Shown here piece by piece: positions 20,433 to 31,149 of a stretch of 64,000 nucleotides of DNA. Source of the DNA: an uncultured candidate division Zixibacteria bacterium (GTDB lineage: Bacteria; Zixibacteria; MSB-5A5; GN15; FEB-12); assembly GCA_963806185.1 (NCBI GenBank), contig CAWDXE010000001.1:224001-288000 (forward strand), given 5' to 3'. Position numbers and translations under genes: made by a program. The notes below the pieces were generated by a model, which was given only the letters and a program-made list of their open reading frames with translations, was not told the origin of the DNA and ran no database searches. Each line of letters opens with the position of its first letter. Within the stretch, counting starts at the first letter, position 1.

Positions 20433-21338
20433 ATGACCGAATTTCTCCAGCAGATCATCAATGGCGTTTCGCTGGGCAGTATCTATGCCTTGATCGCGCT
20501 GGGGTACACGATGATCTACGGAATCCTCCGGTTCATCAATTTCGCCCATGGTGACGTATTCATGGTGGGGGCGTTCATCGGTTACTACCTGGGTCCGTAT
20601 ATTCTCCCCCTGGCCGGAAGCAATGTAGCGCTCGGCGCGATCATGGTGCTGTTGGTCGCGATGATCGGTTGCTCACTTCTGGGGGTGACGATCGAGAAAC
20701 TGGCCTACCGGCCGTTGCGGAGTCGACCGAAGTTGACGGTGCTCATCACCGCGATCGGCGTTTCGCTTTTTCTGGAATTTGGCGGACAGCTGGTATTCGG
20801 GCCGGACCCCAAGCTCTTCCCGGCTGTCGTCCCGTTGACCACGAAGTACTACGTGGGTGATCTCATCATCGACGCAAAGTCAATCGTGGTGATTCTGACT
20901 GCCGTCATCCTGGTGCTGATGCTCAGGTTCATTGTCTTTCGCACCAAGATCGGGACGGCGATGCGGGCGGTGTCCCACAACCACCATGCCGCCAGCCTCA
21001 TGGGAATAAACAATGACACGGTGATTTCGTTTACATTTGTTCTCGGTTCCAGTCTGGCCGCCGCCGCGGCGATTCTCTATGCCACGGTGTATCCGAGTAT
21101 TAATCCGCTCATGGGTGTTTATACCGGCCTCAAAGCGTTTGTGGCCGCCGTGCTCGGCGGAATCGGCAACTTGATGGGCGCGGCGCTGGGCGGGCTGATT
21201 ATCGGCGTGACCGAGACATTCGTGTCGGGGTATATCTCGTCGACTTTCCGCGACGCTATTGCGTTTATGATTCTGATCCTGATCCTGCTGATTAAGCCTT
21301 CGGGGTTGCTGGGCAAAGGGGAGGACGAGAAGATATGA
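20433..21338 (+). CDS. livH: Branched-chain amino acid ABC permease
   Basis: GSIYALIALGYTMIYGIL.FINFAHG, GTAMRA, KAFVAAVLGGIG. Confidence 0.95.
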   Translation: MTEFLQQIINGVSLGSIYALIALGYTMIYGILRFINFAHGDVFMVGAFIGYYLGPYILPLAGSNVALGAIMVLLVAMIGCSLLGVTIEKLAYRPLRSRPKLTVLITAIGVSLFLEFGGQLVFGPDPKLFPAVVPLTTKYYVGDLIIDAKSIVVILTAVILVLMLRFIVFRTKIGTAMRAVSHNHHAASLMGINNDTVISFTFVLGSSLAAAAAILYATVYPSINPLMGVYTGLKAFVAAVLGGIGNLMGAALGGLIIGVTETFVSGYISSTFRDAIAFMILILILLIKPSGLLGKGEDEKI

Positions 21339-22378
21339 CGTCCGGGCTTACGCGCAAGGCTGAGCGCAATTCGGACGTGTTGCCGCTGTCCGCGTCAAGA
21401 GTCTGGCGTGAGCACAAGGCCAAGCTGGTACTCCTGGGTGTCGTCCTGTTAGCCCTCGGGATGACATTTGTGCAACCGTACATCAATCAGTACATCCTTC
21501 TCATCATCGTCTATGTCGGAATCAACATCACCCTGTCGGTGAGTCTTGGGTTGATCAATGGATTCACGGGGCAGTTCTCGCTGGGGCACGCCGGATTCAT
21601 GGCGATCGGGGCGTACACGACCACGCAGTGTGCTGTGCTCTTCAATCTGGCGCCGGGCACCGTATCGGGGACAATCGGGTTTCTCGCGGCACTGGTTATC
21701 GGCGGCTCCGTGGCGGCTGTGTTCGGACTACTCGTTGGGGTACCCAGTCTTCGGCTTAAGGGGGATTACCTCGCCATTGTCACGCTCGGATTCGGGGAGA
21801 TTATCCGCGTTATTATTCAGAATCTCGATTTTTTGGGCGGGGCGCGAGGCTTTACCGAGATTCCCAAGTTGTCAAATATGTTCTGGGTATTCGGCATCGC
21901 GGCGCTGACGGTGTTTGTGGTATGGAATCTTGTGCGATCGACCTATGGCAAGGGATTCCTCGCGGTGGCGGACGATGAAATCTCTGCGGAGGCCATGGGA
22001 ATCAATTCCACGCGATATAAGGTCATTGCCTTTGTCACCGGCGCATTCTTTGCCGGGATTGCGGGAGGTTTGTACGCTCATTTTGTTGTCTATATCAATC
22101 CTTCGCAATTCGGCTTCGTTAAGTCGATTGAAATCGTGATCATGGTGATGGTGGGCGGCGTACACAGCATCATCGGCGTCATTCTGTCCGCCACGCTCCT
22201 GACGGTTCTGCGCGAAGTGCTTCGCACGGCCGCCGGTTACCGCGAAGTCATCTATTCCCTCGCCTTGATTCTCATCATGATTTGGCGCCCGCAGGGGCTA
22301 TTCGGGGGCAGTGGGATATGGCTGAAGTCGCTCTGGCGGCGGCTTCATCCCCCCAAGCCTCGGGCGGTGGAGGAGTGA
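21335..22378 (+). CDS. livM: Branched-chain amino acid ABC permease
   Basis: GQFSLGHAGFMAIGAY, LRLKGDYLAIVTLGFGEI, RPQGL. Confidence 0.95.
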   Translation: MTSGLTRKAERNSDVLPLSASRVWREHKAKLVLLGVVLLALGMTFVQPYINQYILLIIVYVGINITLSVSLGLINGFTGQFSLGHAGFMAIGAYTTTQCAVLFNLAPGTVSGTIGFLAALVIGGSVAAVFGLLVGVPSLRLKGDYLAIVTLGFGEIIRVIIQNLDFLGGARGFTEIPKLSNMFWVFGIAALTVFVVWNLVRSTYGKGFLAVADDEISAEAMGINSTRYKVIAFVTGAFFAGIAGGLYAHFVVYINPSQFGFVKSIEIVIMVMVGGVHSIIGVILSATLLTVLREVLRTAAGYREVIYSLALILIMIWRPQGLFGGSGIWLKSLWRRLHPPKPRAVEE

Positions 22379-23150
22379 TGGCGGACTCTATTCTCAGCAT
22401 TCAGGATTGCACGATGCAATTCGGCGGCTTGACGGCGGTGTCGAATCTGACTTTGGAGATTCCGCAGAATGGACTAATCGGCCTGATCGGCCCGAACGGC
22501 GCCGGCAAGACGACGGTCTTCAATATGATCACCGGTTTCTACCAGCCGACCAGCGGCGATATTGTGTTTGACGACATATCGATTGTCGGGAAGAAACCCT
22601 ACCAAATCGCCAAGCGCGGAATCGCCCGCACATTTCAGAACGTGCGGCTGTGCCCGTCGCTATCGGTTTACGAAAGCGCCCAGGTTGCTGTAACCAAGAG
22701 CGTTGGCTACGGTTTCGTCGACGCGGTGTTCGACTCGAAGAAGTGCCGCGACGAAGAAGCGGAAATTCGACGCAGCATTATGGAAGTACTGGGCATGTTC
22801 GATCTGGTGGACGTGGCCGAAGAGCAATCGACCTCTCTCCCCTACGGCGACCAGCGCCGGCTCGAAATCGTGCGCGCACTGGCGACCAAGCCGCGATTAT
22901 TGCTGCTGGACGAACCGGCGGCGGGGATGAACCCGTCGGAGAAGCGCGAACTGATGAGCCTGATCCAGCAGATTCGCGAGAAGTTTCAGATTGCGATCTT
23001 CATGATTGAACACGACATGAAGGTGATCATGGGCGTCTGTGAGTACATCTCGGTGCTCGATTACGGCATCAAGATTTCCGAGGGGACGCCGGCAGAAATA
23101 CAGCGCGATCCGAAGGTCATCGAAGCATACCTTGGCGAGCAGGTGCACTG

Positions 23151-23151
<1 letters not shown>
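22378..23151 (+). CDS. livG: Branched-chain amino acid ABC ATPase
   Basis: FGGLTAV, GPNGAGKTT, RTFQN, LPYG, LLLDEPAAG, IEAYLG; ATG overlaps the livM stop. Confidence 0.95.
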
Positions 23152-23861
<710 letters not shown>

Positions 23862-23870
23862 GCCGACGGC

Positions 23871-24791
23871 CTATTCTTTCTCTCTATCTTCCCTGACAAT
23901 TGGCTGAAGGATGTCCTGAAGCGCGACACCGATGAGTCCATGGGTGAAGCGGAAGCCGCTGGCGAGTAATCGCTGCGGTCGAACGCGAGCGGAGTTGAGG
24001 ATCATGTCCTGAGCTTTGCGATTGCCAAGGGCAAGACGGAGCGCAAGGGCAGGCACGGTGAAGTAGGTCGGACGGTGCAAGACGTTTCCAAGGGCAGTAG
24101 TGAATTCGGCCATGGTCACCGGTGTGGGGGATACGACGTTGACCGGACCGGACAGCTCCGGAGTCAGGACGATGTGTTCGACGGCGCGGTGAACATCTTC
24201 GAGGACAACCCAGCTCAGATATTGCCGGCCATCGCCAAGCTTACCCCCCAATCCAGCGCGAAACAGGGGCAGCATGCGCTGCAGCATCCCGCCACGGGGT
24301 GTGAGCACGACACCCATGCGCATCGTCACTACTCGCATACCGCGGGCGGCCATCGCAGCCGCTTCCCATTCTTTGACCAGATCGGCAAGGAATCCCTGCC
24401 CGGCGAGTGAATCCTCGGTTAACTGCTCCTCGCCACGGTCGCCGTAGTAACCGACGGCCGAAGCACAAATGAAGGTGTGCGGAGGTCGGCGCAGGGAACT
24501 GAGTCGATCGGCCAACAATTGAGTGGCATTGACTCGACTGGACCGAAACCGTTCGCGGCGGCGCTTCGTCCAGCGACCGACGCCGATATTCTCGCCGGCC
24601 AGATGGATGATGACGTCGTACCCGTCAAGCGCCTTGCCGTCAAGATCCCCAATGCCCGGATTCCAGACGAGGTGCGGCTTTTCGCCGAGAGAACGGCGGG
24701 TGAGCGCCGCCACCTTGTACCCTTTGGCGTCGAGATAGACAGCCAATGATCCGCCGATGAGTCCAGTGGCACCGGAGATGAGGAATTTCAT
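23871..24791 (-). CDS. TIGR01777/YfcH-type NAD-dependent epimerase family protein
   Basis: SGATGLIG, HLAGENI, SRV..T, SAVGYYG, WE, GLGG.LG.G.Q, GPVN..SP. Confidence 0.92.
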   Translation of the reverse strand: MKFLISGATGLIGGSLAVYLDAKGYKVAALTRRSLGEKPHLVWNPGIGDLDGKALDGYDVIIHLAGENIGVGRWTKRRRERFRSSRVNATQLLADRLSSLRRPPHTFICASAVGYYGDRGEEQLTEDSLAGQGFLADLVKEWEAAAMAARGMRVVTMRMGVVLTPRGGMLQRMLPLFRAGLGGKLGDGRQYLSWVVLEDVHRAVEHIVLTPELSGPVNVVSPTPVTMAEFTTALGNVLHRPTYFTVPALALRLALGNRKAQDMILNSARVRPQRLLASGFRFTHGLIGVALQDILQPIVREDREKE

Positions 24792-24806
24792 GTAGAAATG
24801 ATCGGC

Positions 24807-25292
24807 TTATTTTATCAATTCCGCCAGTTTGTTTCTCACTGCCTCGGCATGTCCGGCGGCCGTCACTTTCGCCCAGACATAGGCGATCTTGCCCAGGGGG
24901 TCGATCAGGAACGTACTGCGGATGACGCCCAGCGATTCCTTGCCGTACATCATCTTGGTCCCCCAGGCACCGTATTTTTCGAGCACTTCCCTCTCAGGGT
25001 CGGAAAGCAGTGTGACTTTCAATTTGAACTTCTCGACAAATTTCCGGTGGCTGGCGGTGGAGTCGGGGCTTACACCGAGCACAGTGGCACCGACTTTTTC
25101 AAACGCCTTAAGGCCGTCGGTAAATTCACACGCCTCGGTAGTGCAGCCGGGGGTATCGTCTTTGGGGTAGAAATAGAGCACCACCCATTGCCCCTTGAAA
25201 TCCTTGAGGCTGGTTTTGGCGTCGTCCTGATTGAGCAGGTTGAAAGTCGGGGCTGTTTGGCCGGCATCCGGTCGTTTGGTATCAGTAGGCAT
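24807..25292 (-). CDS. bcp: Thioredoxin-dependent peroxiredoxin (BCP/PrxQ)
   Basis: LYFYPKDDTPGCTTEAC, GVSPD, RSTFLID. Confidence 0.95.
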   Translation of the reverse strand: MPTDTKRPDAGQTAPTFNLLNQDDAKTSLKDFKGQWVVLYFYPKDDTPGCTTEACEFTDGLKAFEKVGATVLGVSPDSTASHRKFVEKFKLKVTLLSDPEREVLEKYGAWGTKMMYGKESLGVIRSTFLIDPLGKIAYVWAKVTAAGHAEAVRNKLAELIK

Positions 25293-25352
25293 CGTCCCTC
25301 CAATGGTTGGTATGGTGATGCCTACTGTAACAAGAATCAGCGTCGGAAGTTT

Positions 25353-26216
25353 TTACGGCCGCGCATTTCCGATCGGAAATTCAAGCTTCAGTTGGACAGC
25401 GCCGCTCACGTCGTCATATTCCGAATCCAGCGGCTTCTGGAAATACACGATGGGACGACCGACAAACCTCGGAAATTCGAATCCGACGGCAGCGAAGTGA
25501 TCGATGCCATCGGAGGACTCGTTTCCATCCTTTGTCATCAGCCACAAACCCGAGAGCTCCAACGTGAGGAGTAATCTTCTCGATCCGATCCCTCCGGAAA
25601 CGCCGTAATGGAGAATGGCTTCCGAATCTCTTTCGTCCCGACCAAGCAGTATGGTCGGACCCAGCTCGAACCCAAAGCGACAACTGTCGAAGGTGAACTG
25701 CTGTGAAAAGTTGCCGTAGAGACTCCAGTAACCAGAATTGAAGCGGGCGACGTCGTAGAGATCAGCGGCGTTGCCCGCAAATAGTGCGTAGTATTTGCCG
25801 TCGTCATACGGCCAGTACCATTCAGGACCATAATTTGAATATTGCGCAGCAGTCGGCAGTTGCGCCATAAGAGTGGCACTGGTCTGACGTTTTTCCGATC
25901 TGGCCAACAAGAAGTCAAGACCAATGCCGATGTTGCCGAGCACGGTACCATCGTCCGATTCGTATTTCTTGTCACTGTTGGCGATGGGGAGCTGGGTGGT
26001 GAAGGCGACACTGTGCGTCACTGGCACGCGAACGTCGAATTGGAGTGAACCTGTCAATCCCTTGTACCCCCAATCGTGGATAATCGGCCGGGAGAGTTGA
26101 AGACCAAAGGTAGTCGTATCTGATGCCGGTCGACGAAGCATAAGGTTGGCGGATGCGTCAACGGCGCACATGAGCAGGCAGGTCGACACAGGGAAAAGGA
26201 TGCCCAGATGTTTCAT
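25353..26216 (-). CDS. Hypothetical exported protein, possibly an outer-membrane beta-barrel
   Basis: Signal peptide from MKHLG after RBS ggag; alternating hydrophobic beta-strand patterns (GNIGIGLDF, YGVSGG, QLKLEF). Confidence 0.6.
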   Translation of the reverse strand: MKHLGILFPVSTCLLMCAVDASANLMLRRPASDTTTFGLQLSRPIIHDWGYKGLTGSLQFDVRVPVTHSVAFTTQLPIANSDKKYESDDGTVLGNIGIGLDFLLARSEKRQTSATLMAQLPTAAQYSNYGPEWYWPYDDGKYYALFAGNAADLYDVARFNSGYWSLYGNFSQQFTFDSCRFGFELGPTILLGRDERDSEAILHYGVSGGIGSRRLLLTLELSGLWLMTKDGNESSDGIDHFAAVGFEFPRFVGRPIVYFQKPLDSEYDDVSGAVQLKLEFPIGNARP

Positions 26217-26396
26217 TGCTGTTCTCCGGTGTAGAGAGGCTTGGTGAGACGCAGGCAAATTTGCTGATACACCAAGTAAGTTCCGCGAGTCATACACTCA
26301 ATCGGGTAACGAGGATGCTTTGCTCAAATATAAAGCAAGCATCAAAGGATGCAAGCAATTCGGGGCTGACTATTTGACGGACCCGCATAAGCCATG

Positions 26397-27509
26397 CTAC
26401 ACCATGCGCTTATGGAAGCGGAGCGCGGCGGAGGTGAAGGCGATCAGGCCGATGATGGTCATGCCGATGATACTCTCCCAGAGATCAGCCACGCCGGAGC
26501 CTTTCATAATGATGCCGCGCACGATGTCGATGTAATAGCGCATCGGATTGATGATGGTGAGATGCTGAAGCCAGACGGGCATGTTGGCGACCGGCGTAAA
26601 ATAGCCGGAGGTGAGCATGGTGAAGATGGACAGGAACCAGGCCAGAAACATCGCCTGCTGTTGAGTGTGAGTGAGCGTCGACACTAGCAACCCGAGGCCA
26701 AGCGAACTGAGCAAATAGATCAGTGAGAGCACGACGAGCAGAAGATGCGAGCCGACAAATGGGACGTTGAACCACCAGAGGCCTACTTGCAGGGTGAATC
26801 CCATAACGGCCATGGAAACGAGAGCAAAATACGAAAGCTTGCCGAACATGAGGGTGACGCTGTTGATCGGCGTGACCATGACCTGTTCCAGTGTGCCCAG
26901 TTCCCTTTCGCGGACAATAGCCATAGCGGTCATCATCAGAGTGAGCATGGTCAATAAAGTGGCCACAACTCCCGGGACCATAAACATGCGCGATTCGGCC
27001 TCCGGGTTAAACAGGTAGTCGTAGCGGAGTTCGATATTCTGCTTCCTGTTGAGTACATTGCTCGAGAAACTCTGTACGATGCGTTGTGCGTAGCCGGTCC
27101 CTATCCTTGCCGAGTTGGCATCCGAGCCGTCAGCTATCCAACCAAGCGTGACCGAATCACCATTTTCAAGTTGCTCGGAGAATTCTTTGGGGATAATAAC
27201 AGCCATCTCCGACTTGCCGGCGCGGAAACGATCCTCGAGTTGCCAGATCGGGACACGGTCGTCGACCGCCTCTCGTTCGACCGGACGGAAGTAATCTCCG
27301 GCCTTAAACGCCTGAATCAATTGGCGTGAGTAGGCGGACTGGCTGTAGTCGTAGACATCGAGGGCAATCCGTTTGACGTCGGTATTAACAGCGTACCCCA
27401 TAATCAACAACTGGAGTATCGGCATGACGAAGAAGAGCCTGAGGTTGGTCTTGTCGCGGAGGCTCTGGGTGAGTTCCTTTTTGAAAACGCCGGCAAAGGC
27501 ACGCAACAT
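26397..27509 (-). CDS. ABC-2 type permease (YbhR-like)
   Basis: KKELTQ.LRD, IVRERELGTLEQ..VTP, SG.FTP..NMP, G...KG. Confidence 0.92.
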   Translation of the reverse strand: MLRAFAGVFKKELTQSLRDKTNLRLFFVMPILQLLIMGYAVNTDVKRIALDVYDYSQSAYSRQLIQAFKAGDYFRPVEREAVDDRVPIWQLEDRFRAGKSEMAVIIPKEFSEQLENGDSVTLGWIADGSDANSARIGTGYAQRIVQSFSSNVLNRKQNIELRYDYLFNPEAESRMFMVPGVVATLLTMLTLMMTAMAIVRERELGTLEQVMVTPINSVTLMFGKLSYFALVSMAVMGFTLQVGLWWFNVPFVGSHLLLVVLSLIYLLSSLGLGLLVSTLTHTQQQAMFLAWFLSIFTMLTSGYFTPVANMPVWLQHLTIINPMRYYIDIVRGIIMKGSGVADLWESIIGMTIIGLIAFTSAALRFHKRMV

Positions 27510-27510
27510 A

Positions 27511-28629
27511 TCAGCCCACCCTCGTGCTGAAACGCCGCACGGCCAGGAAGAGAAAGATCACCATTAACAGGAACAGAAAACCGGCTTGCGGGGCGAGAAT
27601 GGCAAAATCGGATCCTTTCAGCATGATCCCCCGCACCATCTTGATGAAGTAAGTGGCCGGGACGAGTCGGCTGATAACCTGCAGGGCCACCGGCATGTTT
27701 TTGACGGCGAAAATAAAGCCAGAGAGCATGATCGACGGCAGCATGGTGATCAAAAGTGCCAGTTGCATGGCGAGCTGTTGAGTCGCGACACCGGTTGAAA
27801 TGAGGATACCGATGCTGAGCGCCGTGCCGACGTAGAGCAGTTCAAAGAGCAGCAGCAGCGGGAATGAGCCGACGAACGGAACGTTGAACAAGAGCTTGGC
27901 GAAAACGATCACCAACAACCCGTCGAGAAAGGCAATGAGTATGTAGGGAACGATCTTCCCAATGAGTATCTGGGTCGGCGAAACCGGTGCGACCAGCAGT
28001 TGCTCCATGGTGCCGGTTTCCTTCTCTCGCGCGATAGTAATCGACGTCAAGAGTGCGGAAATCATGAGCAGGATAATCGAGACGATGCCGGGCACAAAGA
28101 AGTGCGACGAAAGCATGTCCGGGTTGTAGAGCATCTGTTGAGAAATCCTGACACCGGGCAGCGACGTGCCGGGCGGGAGGCGGTCGAGCAGGTACCTATT
28201 GAGCAGGGCGTTGGTGTAGGCCACGACCGCGGCGGCCTGGGACACCTCGGAGCCATCAAGCTCCAACCCCAATTCATACTGGGAGCCATTCTGTAAGGCT
28301 TCAGCAAAGCCCGGACGGATGAGCAGCACTCCGGCGGCATGTGAGGCACGCAGAAGCTGGGCCGGGTCGAAGATGTATGGCTCTTCGGCGGCACGATAGA
28401 AGTATCCTGATTCATAGAATCGTTCGACGAAGGCGCGTGATTCGGGGGTTTGATCCTGATCGATGACCGCGAGACCGATGTGCTCGATATCCATGTTGAT
28501 GGCATAGCCATAGAGAAACGTCATCATGATCGGCATGATGAAGATGATGATGAGCGAGCGGAAGTCGCGCAGGATGTGATACAGCTCTTTTTGGGCGATG
28601 GCTTTAAGCTGACGCACTGGCGACTCCAT
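27511..28629 (-). CDS. ABC-2 type permease (YbhS-like)
   Basis: KELYHILRD, YNP, VPG, IAREKETGTMEQLL, GKIVPY. Confidence 0.92.
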   Translation of the reverse strand: MESPVRQLKAIAQKELYHILRDFRSLIIIFIMPIMMTFLYGYAINMDIEHIGLAVIDQDQTPESRAFVERFYESGYFYRAAEEPYIFDPAQLLRASHAAGVLLIRPGFAEALQNGSQYELGLELDGSEVSQAAAVVAYTNALLNRYLLDRLPPGTSLPGVRISQQMLYNPDMLSSHFFVPGIVSIILLMISALLTSITIAREKETGTMEQLLVAPVSPTQILIGKIVPYILIAFLDGLLVIVFAKLLFNVPFVGSFPLLLLFELLYVGTALSIGILISTGVATQQLAMQLALLITMLPSIMLSGFIFAVKNMPVALQVISRLVPATYFIKMVRGIMLKGSDFAILAPQAGFLFLLMVIFLFLAVRRFSTRVG

Positions 28630-29353
28630 TCGGCCGGATCAGATCGATGAACATATCTTCGAGGTTGGCCGCCTTGTGTTTCTTAACCAGTTCGTGCGGA
28701 GTGCCGAGCTCAATAAGTTTGCCGGCATGCATGATGGAAATTCGACCGCAGTATTCCGCCTCGTCCATATAGTGTGTAGTTACGAAAATCGTAACGCCTT
28801 CGTCGGCCAATTCATATAGAAGGCCCCAGAAGGTGCGGCGGAACACGGGATCCACGCCGCCGGTCGGTTCGTCGAGAAAGAGAATTTTCGGCTGGTGCAG
28901 AACGGCGACTGACAGCGCCAGGCGCTGCCGCCAGCCGACCGGAAGACGGCCCGAGACGCGGTCGATGAATTCGCCGAGCGAGAGTCGTTCGGTGAGTTCA
29001 TCGATGCGCCGGCGGCGCGATTTCTTATCGAGATTGTAGGCGTGGCCGTAGAAATCAAGGTTCTCGCGGCCAGTCAGATCGGCGTATAACGAGAATTTCT
29101 GCGACATGTAGCCGATATTGCGTTTGATCTGTTCGGATTCCTTGAGAACATCAAACCCGCCGACCTGACCAGAGCCTGACGTGGGCAAGAGCAACCCGCA
29201 CAGCATGCGAATGGCAGTAGTCTTCCCCGCTCCGTTGGCCCCGAGGAAACCAAAGATCTCACCCGTCTCGACGGTCAGCGAAAGATCGTCGACGGCCGTG
29301 AATTGGCCGAAGCGTTTGGTCAGATGGTCGATCTGCACGGCGTGGCTGTTCAT
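28604..29353 (-). CDS. ABC transporter ATP-binding protein (YbhF C-terminal half-like)
   Basis: GANGAGKTT, GYMSQKFSLY, LDEPTGGVDP, THYMDEAE. Confidence 0.93.
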   Translation of the reverse strand: MNSHAVQIDHLTKRFGQFTAVDDLSLTVETGEIFGFLGANGAGKTTAIRMLCGLLLPTSGSGQVGGFDVLKESEQIKRNIGYMSQKFSLYADLTGRENLDFYGHAYNLDKKSRRRRIDELTERLSLGEFIDRVSGRLPVGWRQRLALSVAVLHQPKILFLDEPTGGVDPVFRRTFWGLLYELADEGVTIFVTTHYMDEAEYCGRISIMHAGKLIELGTPHELVKKHKAANLEDMFIDLIRPNGVASASA

Positions 29354-30264
29354 CCGGTGGTCTCCATCAATTGGATGAAACGATCCTCGAGCTCGGGCGC
29401 AATGGTGTGGATCTGCGTGGAGGTCACTCCGGCTGAGGACAGACTCCCGGCGGATCGCTCAATAGTATCACCGGACTGAAGGTAGATATGGATGCCGGCG
29501 CCAAAGCGGCGGGCCGAGAGGCCGGAGATCTGATTAATTTGCTGAATCAATTCGGTAGTTGGGTTGGCATCCAGATAGTAGATCGTTCCCTCGAACTGGG
29601 CAGCCAGTTGCTGCGGCGTACCGACGGAGAGGCGACGGCTGTTGAAGATGAAGCAGGCGCGATCGGCGCGAGCAACCTCGTCCATATAGGGTGTGGAGAC
29701 GAGGATGGTGGTGCCGCCTTTCTTCAGCTCAAGCAGTATCTCCCAGAACTGCCGTCGCGAAAGGGGATCAACGCCGGTGGTCGGCTCGTCGAGAATCAGT
29801 AACTCAGGATCATGCATGAGCGCGCAGGAAAGGGCCAGCTTCTGCTTCATGCCTCCTGACAGGGCCGACGCTCGGCGTTTGGCGAAAGGGCCGAGATTGG
29901 AGAAGGTGTAGAGAAAATCGCGCTTGTCACGATAAGTCTGCCCATATACGCCGTAGATGCCGGCGTAGAAGGTGAGATTCTCCTCGACGCTCAAATCCGG
30001 GTAGAGCGAAAAGACCTGCGGCATATAGCCGAGGATATGCTTCACGGCGTCGAAGTTCTTCGTGATGTCGTGGCCGGCGATAGTTACGTTGCCGGCGTCG
30101 GCGTCGATTAAACGGCAGAGGATACGGATCAACGTAGTCTTCCCCGCGCCATCCGGCCCGACCAGGGCAAAGATCTCCCCTTTTTCGACGGCGAGTGAAA
30201 ATTCATGCAAGGCGACCACCTTGCCGTAGGAGCGGCTGATATTGTCGATAGTGATGAAGCTCAT
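29350..30264 (-). CDS. ABC transporter ATP-binding protein (YbhF N-terminal half-like)
   Basis: GPDGAGKTT, LSGGMKQKL, LDEPTTGVDP, STPYMDE. Confidence 0.93.
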   Translation of the reverse strand: MSFITIDNISRSYGKVVALHEFSLAVEKGEIFALVGPDGAGKTTLIRILCRLIDADAGNVTIAGHDITKNFDAVKHILGYMPQVFSLYPDLSVEENLTFYAGIYGVYGQTYRDKRDFLYTFSNLGPFAKRRASALSGGMKQKLALSCALMHDPELLILDEPTTGVDPLSRRQFWEILLELKKGGTTILVSTPYMDEVARADRACFIFNSRRLSVGTPQQLAAQFEGTIYYLDANPTTELIQQINQISGLSARRFGAGIHIYLQSGDTIERSAGSLSSAGVTSTQIHTIAPELEDRFIQLMETTG

Positions 30265-31148
30265 TTCAGTTCCAGAGTCACGAATACTGGCATGCCGATT
30301 TTCAGCCGCCCGTCGCTGTTCGGGATGGTTACTTTTACGGCATAGACGAGGTTGGCCCGGGATTTCTCAGTCTGCACGTTCTTGGGCGTGAACTCCGCTT
30401 CGGCGGAAGTCCAGGAGACGACGCCGGGATATTCGGTTTCGCCCGACTCGGTGCTGACCTTGGCGCGGTCGCCGACTTTCACTCCTGAGAACTCGCTGGA
30501 AGGGAGATAGACTTTGGCCCAGACGGTATCGAGCTGGGCAATTTTGATGATGGCCTTGCCGAGGCCGACCACTTCGCCGGCATCAACGAACTTCTCAGTG
30601 ACGGTTCCGCTGATAGGCGCCAGTGGGCGCGTATCTTGAAGCACGCGACGGATGCGATTGAGATCGGCATTGATCTTTTCGATTTCCGCTTCAATTGTGC
30701 CGACGGTAGCTTCGGCGGACTTGCGGGCGATGGTTGCCTGAGTGAATTCGTTTTCCAACTGGTCGAGTTGTCGCTGGGTGGCCGAGCCGGAGCGAATGAG
30801 ACGGGCGATGCGGTCGCGTTCGGACTTGGTGTATGATTCCTGCTGTTTGGCGCGGTCGACCTGGATACGGGCGACGCGAAGGTTGGCTTCGGCGGTCTGG
30901 TGGCCGGCCTCGGCCGAGGCGAGCTCGAGCTCAGTTCGACTGGGATCGATAACGGCGAGAGTGTCGCCGGCCTTGACCGATTGGCCCTCGTCGAAGCGCC
31001 GTTCAATCACTCGTCCACCTGTCTCGGCACTGACGAGAACCTCGTTGGCCTCGATGAAACCCGAACCACCCGCTGTTCCATTGTTTGACTTGCAGCCGAT
31101 GACGGTTGCACCCAGGATTGAAAGCAGGATTATGGCCATTCGTTTCAT
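30261..31148 (-). CDS. HlyD family efflux periplasmic adaptor (YbhG-like), lipoprotein
   Basis: Lipobox VIGC, SGFIEA, AEFTPKNVQT...R..LVYAVK, LKIGMP. Confidence 0.92.
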   Translation of the reverse strand: MKRMAIILLSILGATVIGCKSNNGTAGGSGFIEANEVLVSAETGGRVIERRFDEGQSVKAGDTLAVIDPSRTELELASAEAGHQTAEANLRVARIQVDRAKQQESYTKSERDRIARLIRSGSATQRQLDQLENEFTQATIARKSAEATVGTIEAEIEKINADLNRIRRVLQDTRPLAPISGTVTEKFVDAGEVVGLGKAIIKIAQLDTVWAKVYLPSSEFSGVKVGDRAKVSTESGETEYPGVVSWTSAEAEFTPKNVQTEKSRANLVYAVKVTIPNSDGRLKIGMPVFVTLELK

Positions 31149-31149
31149 A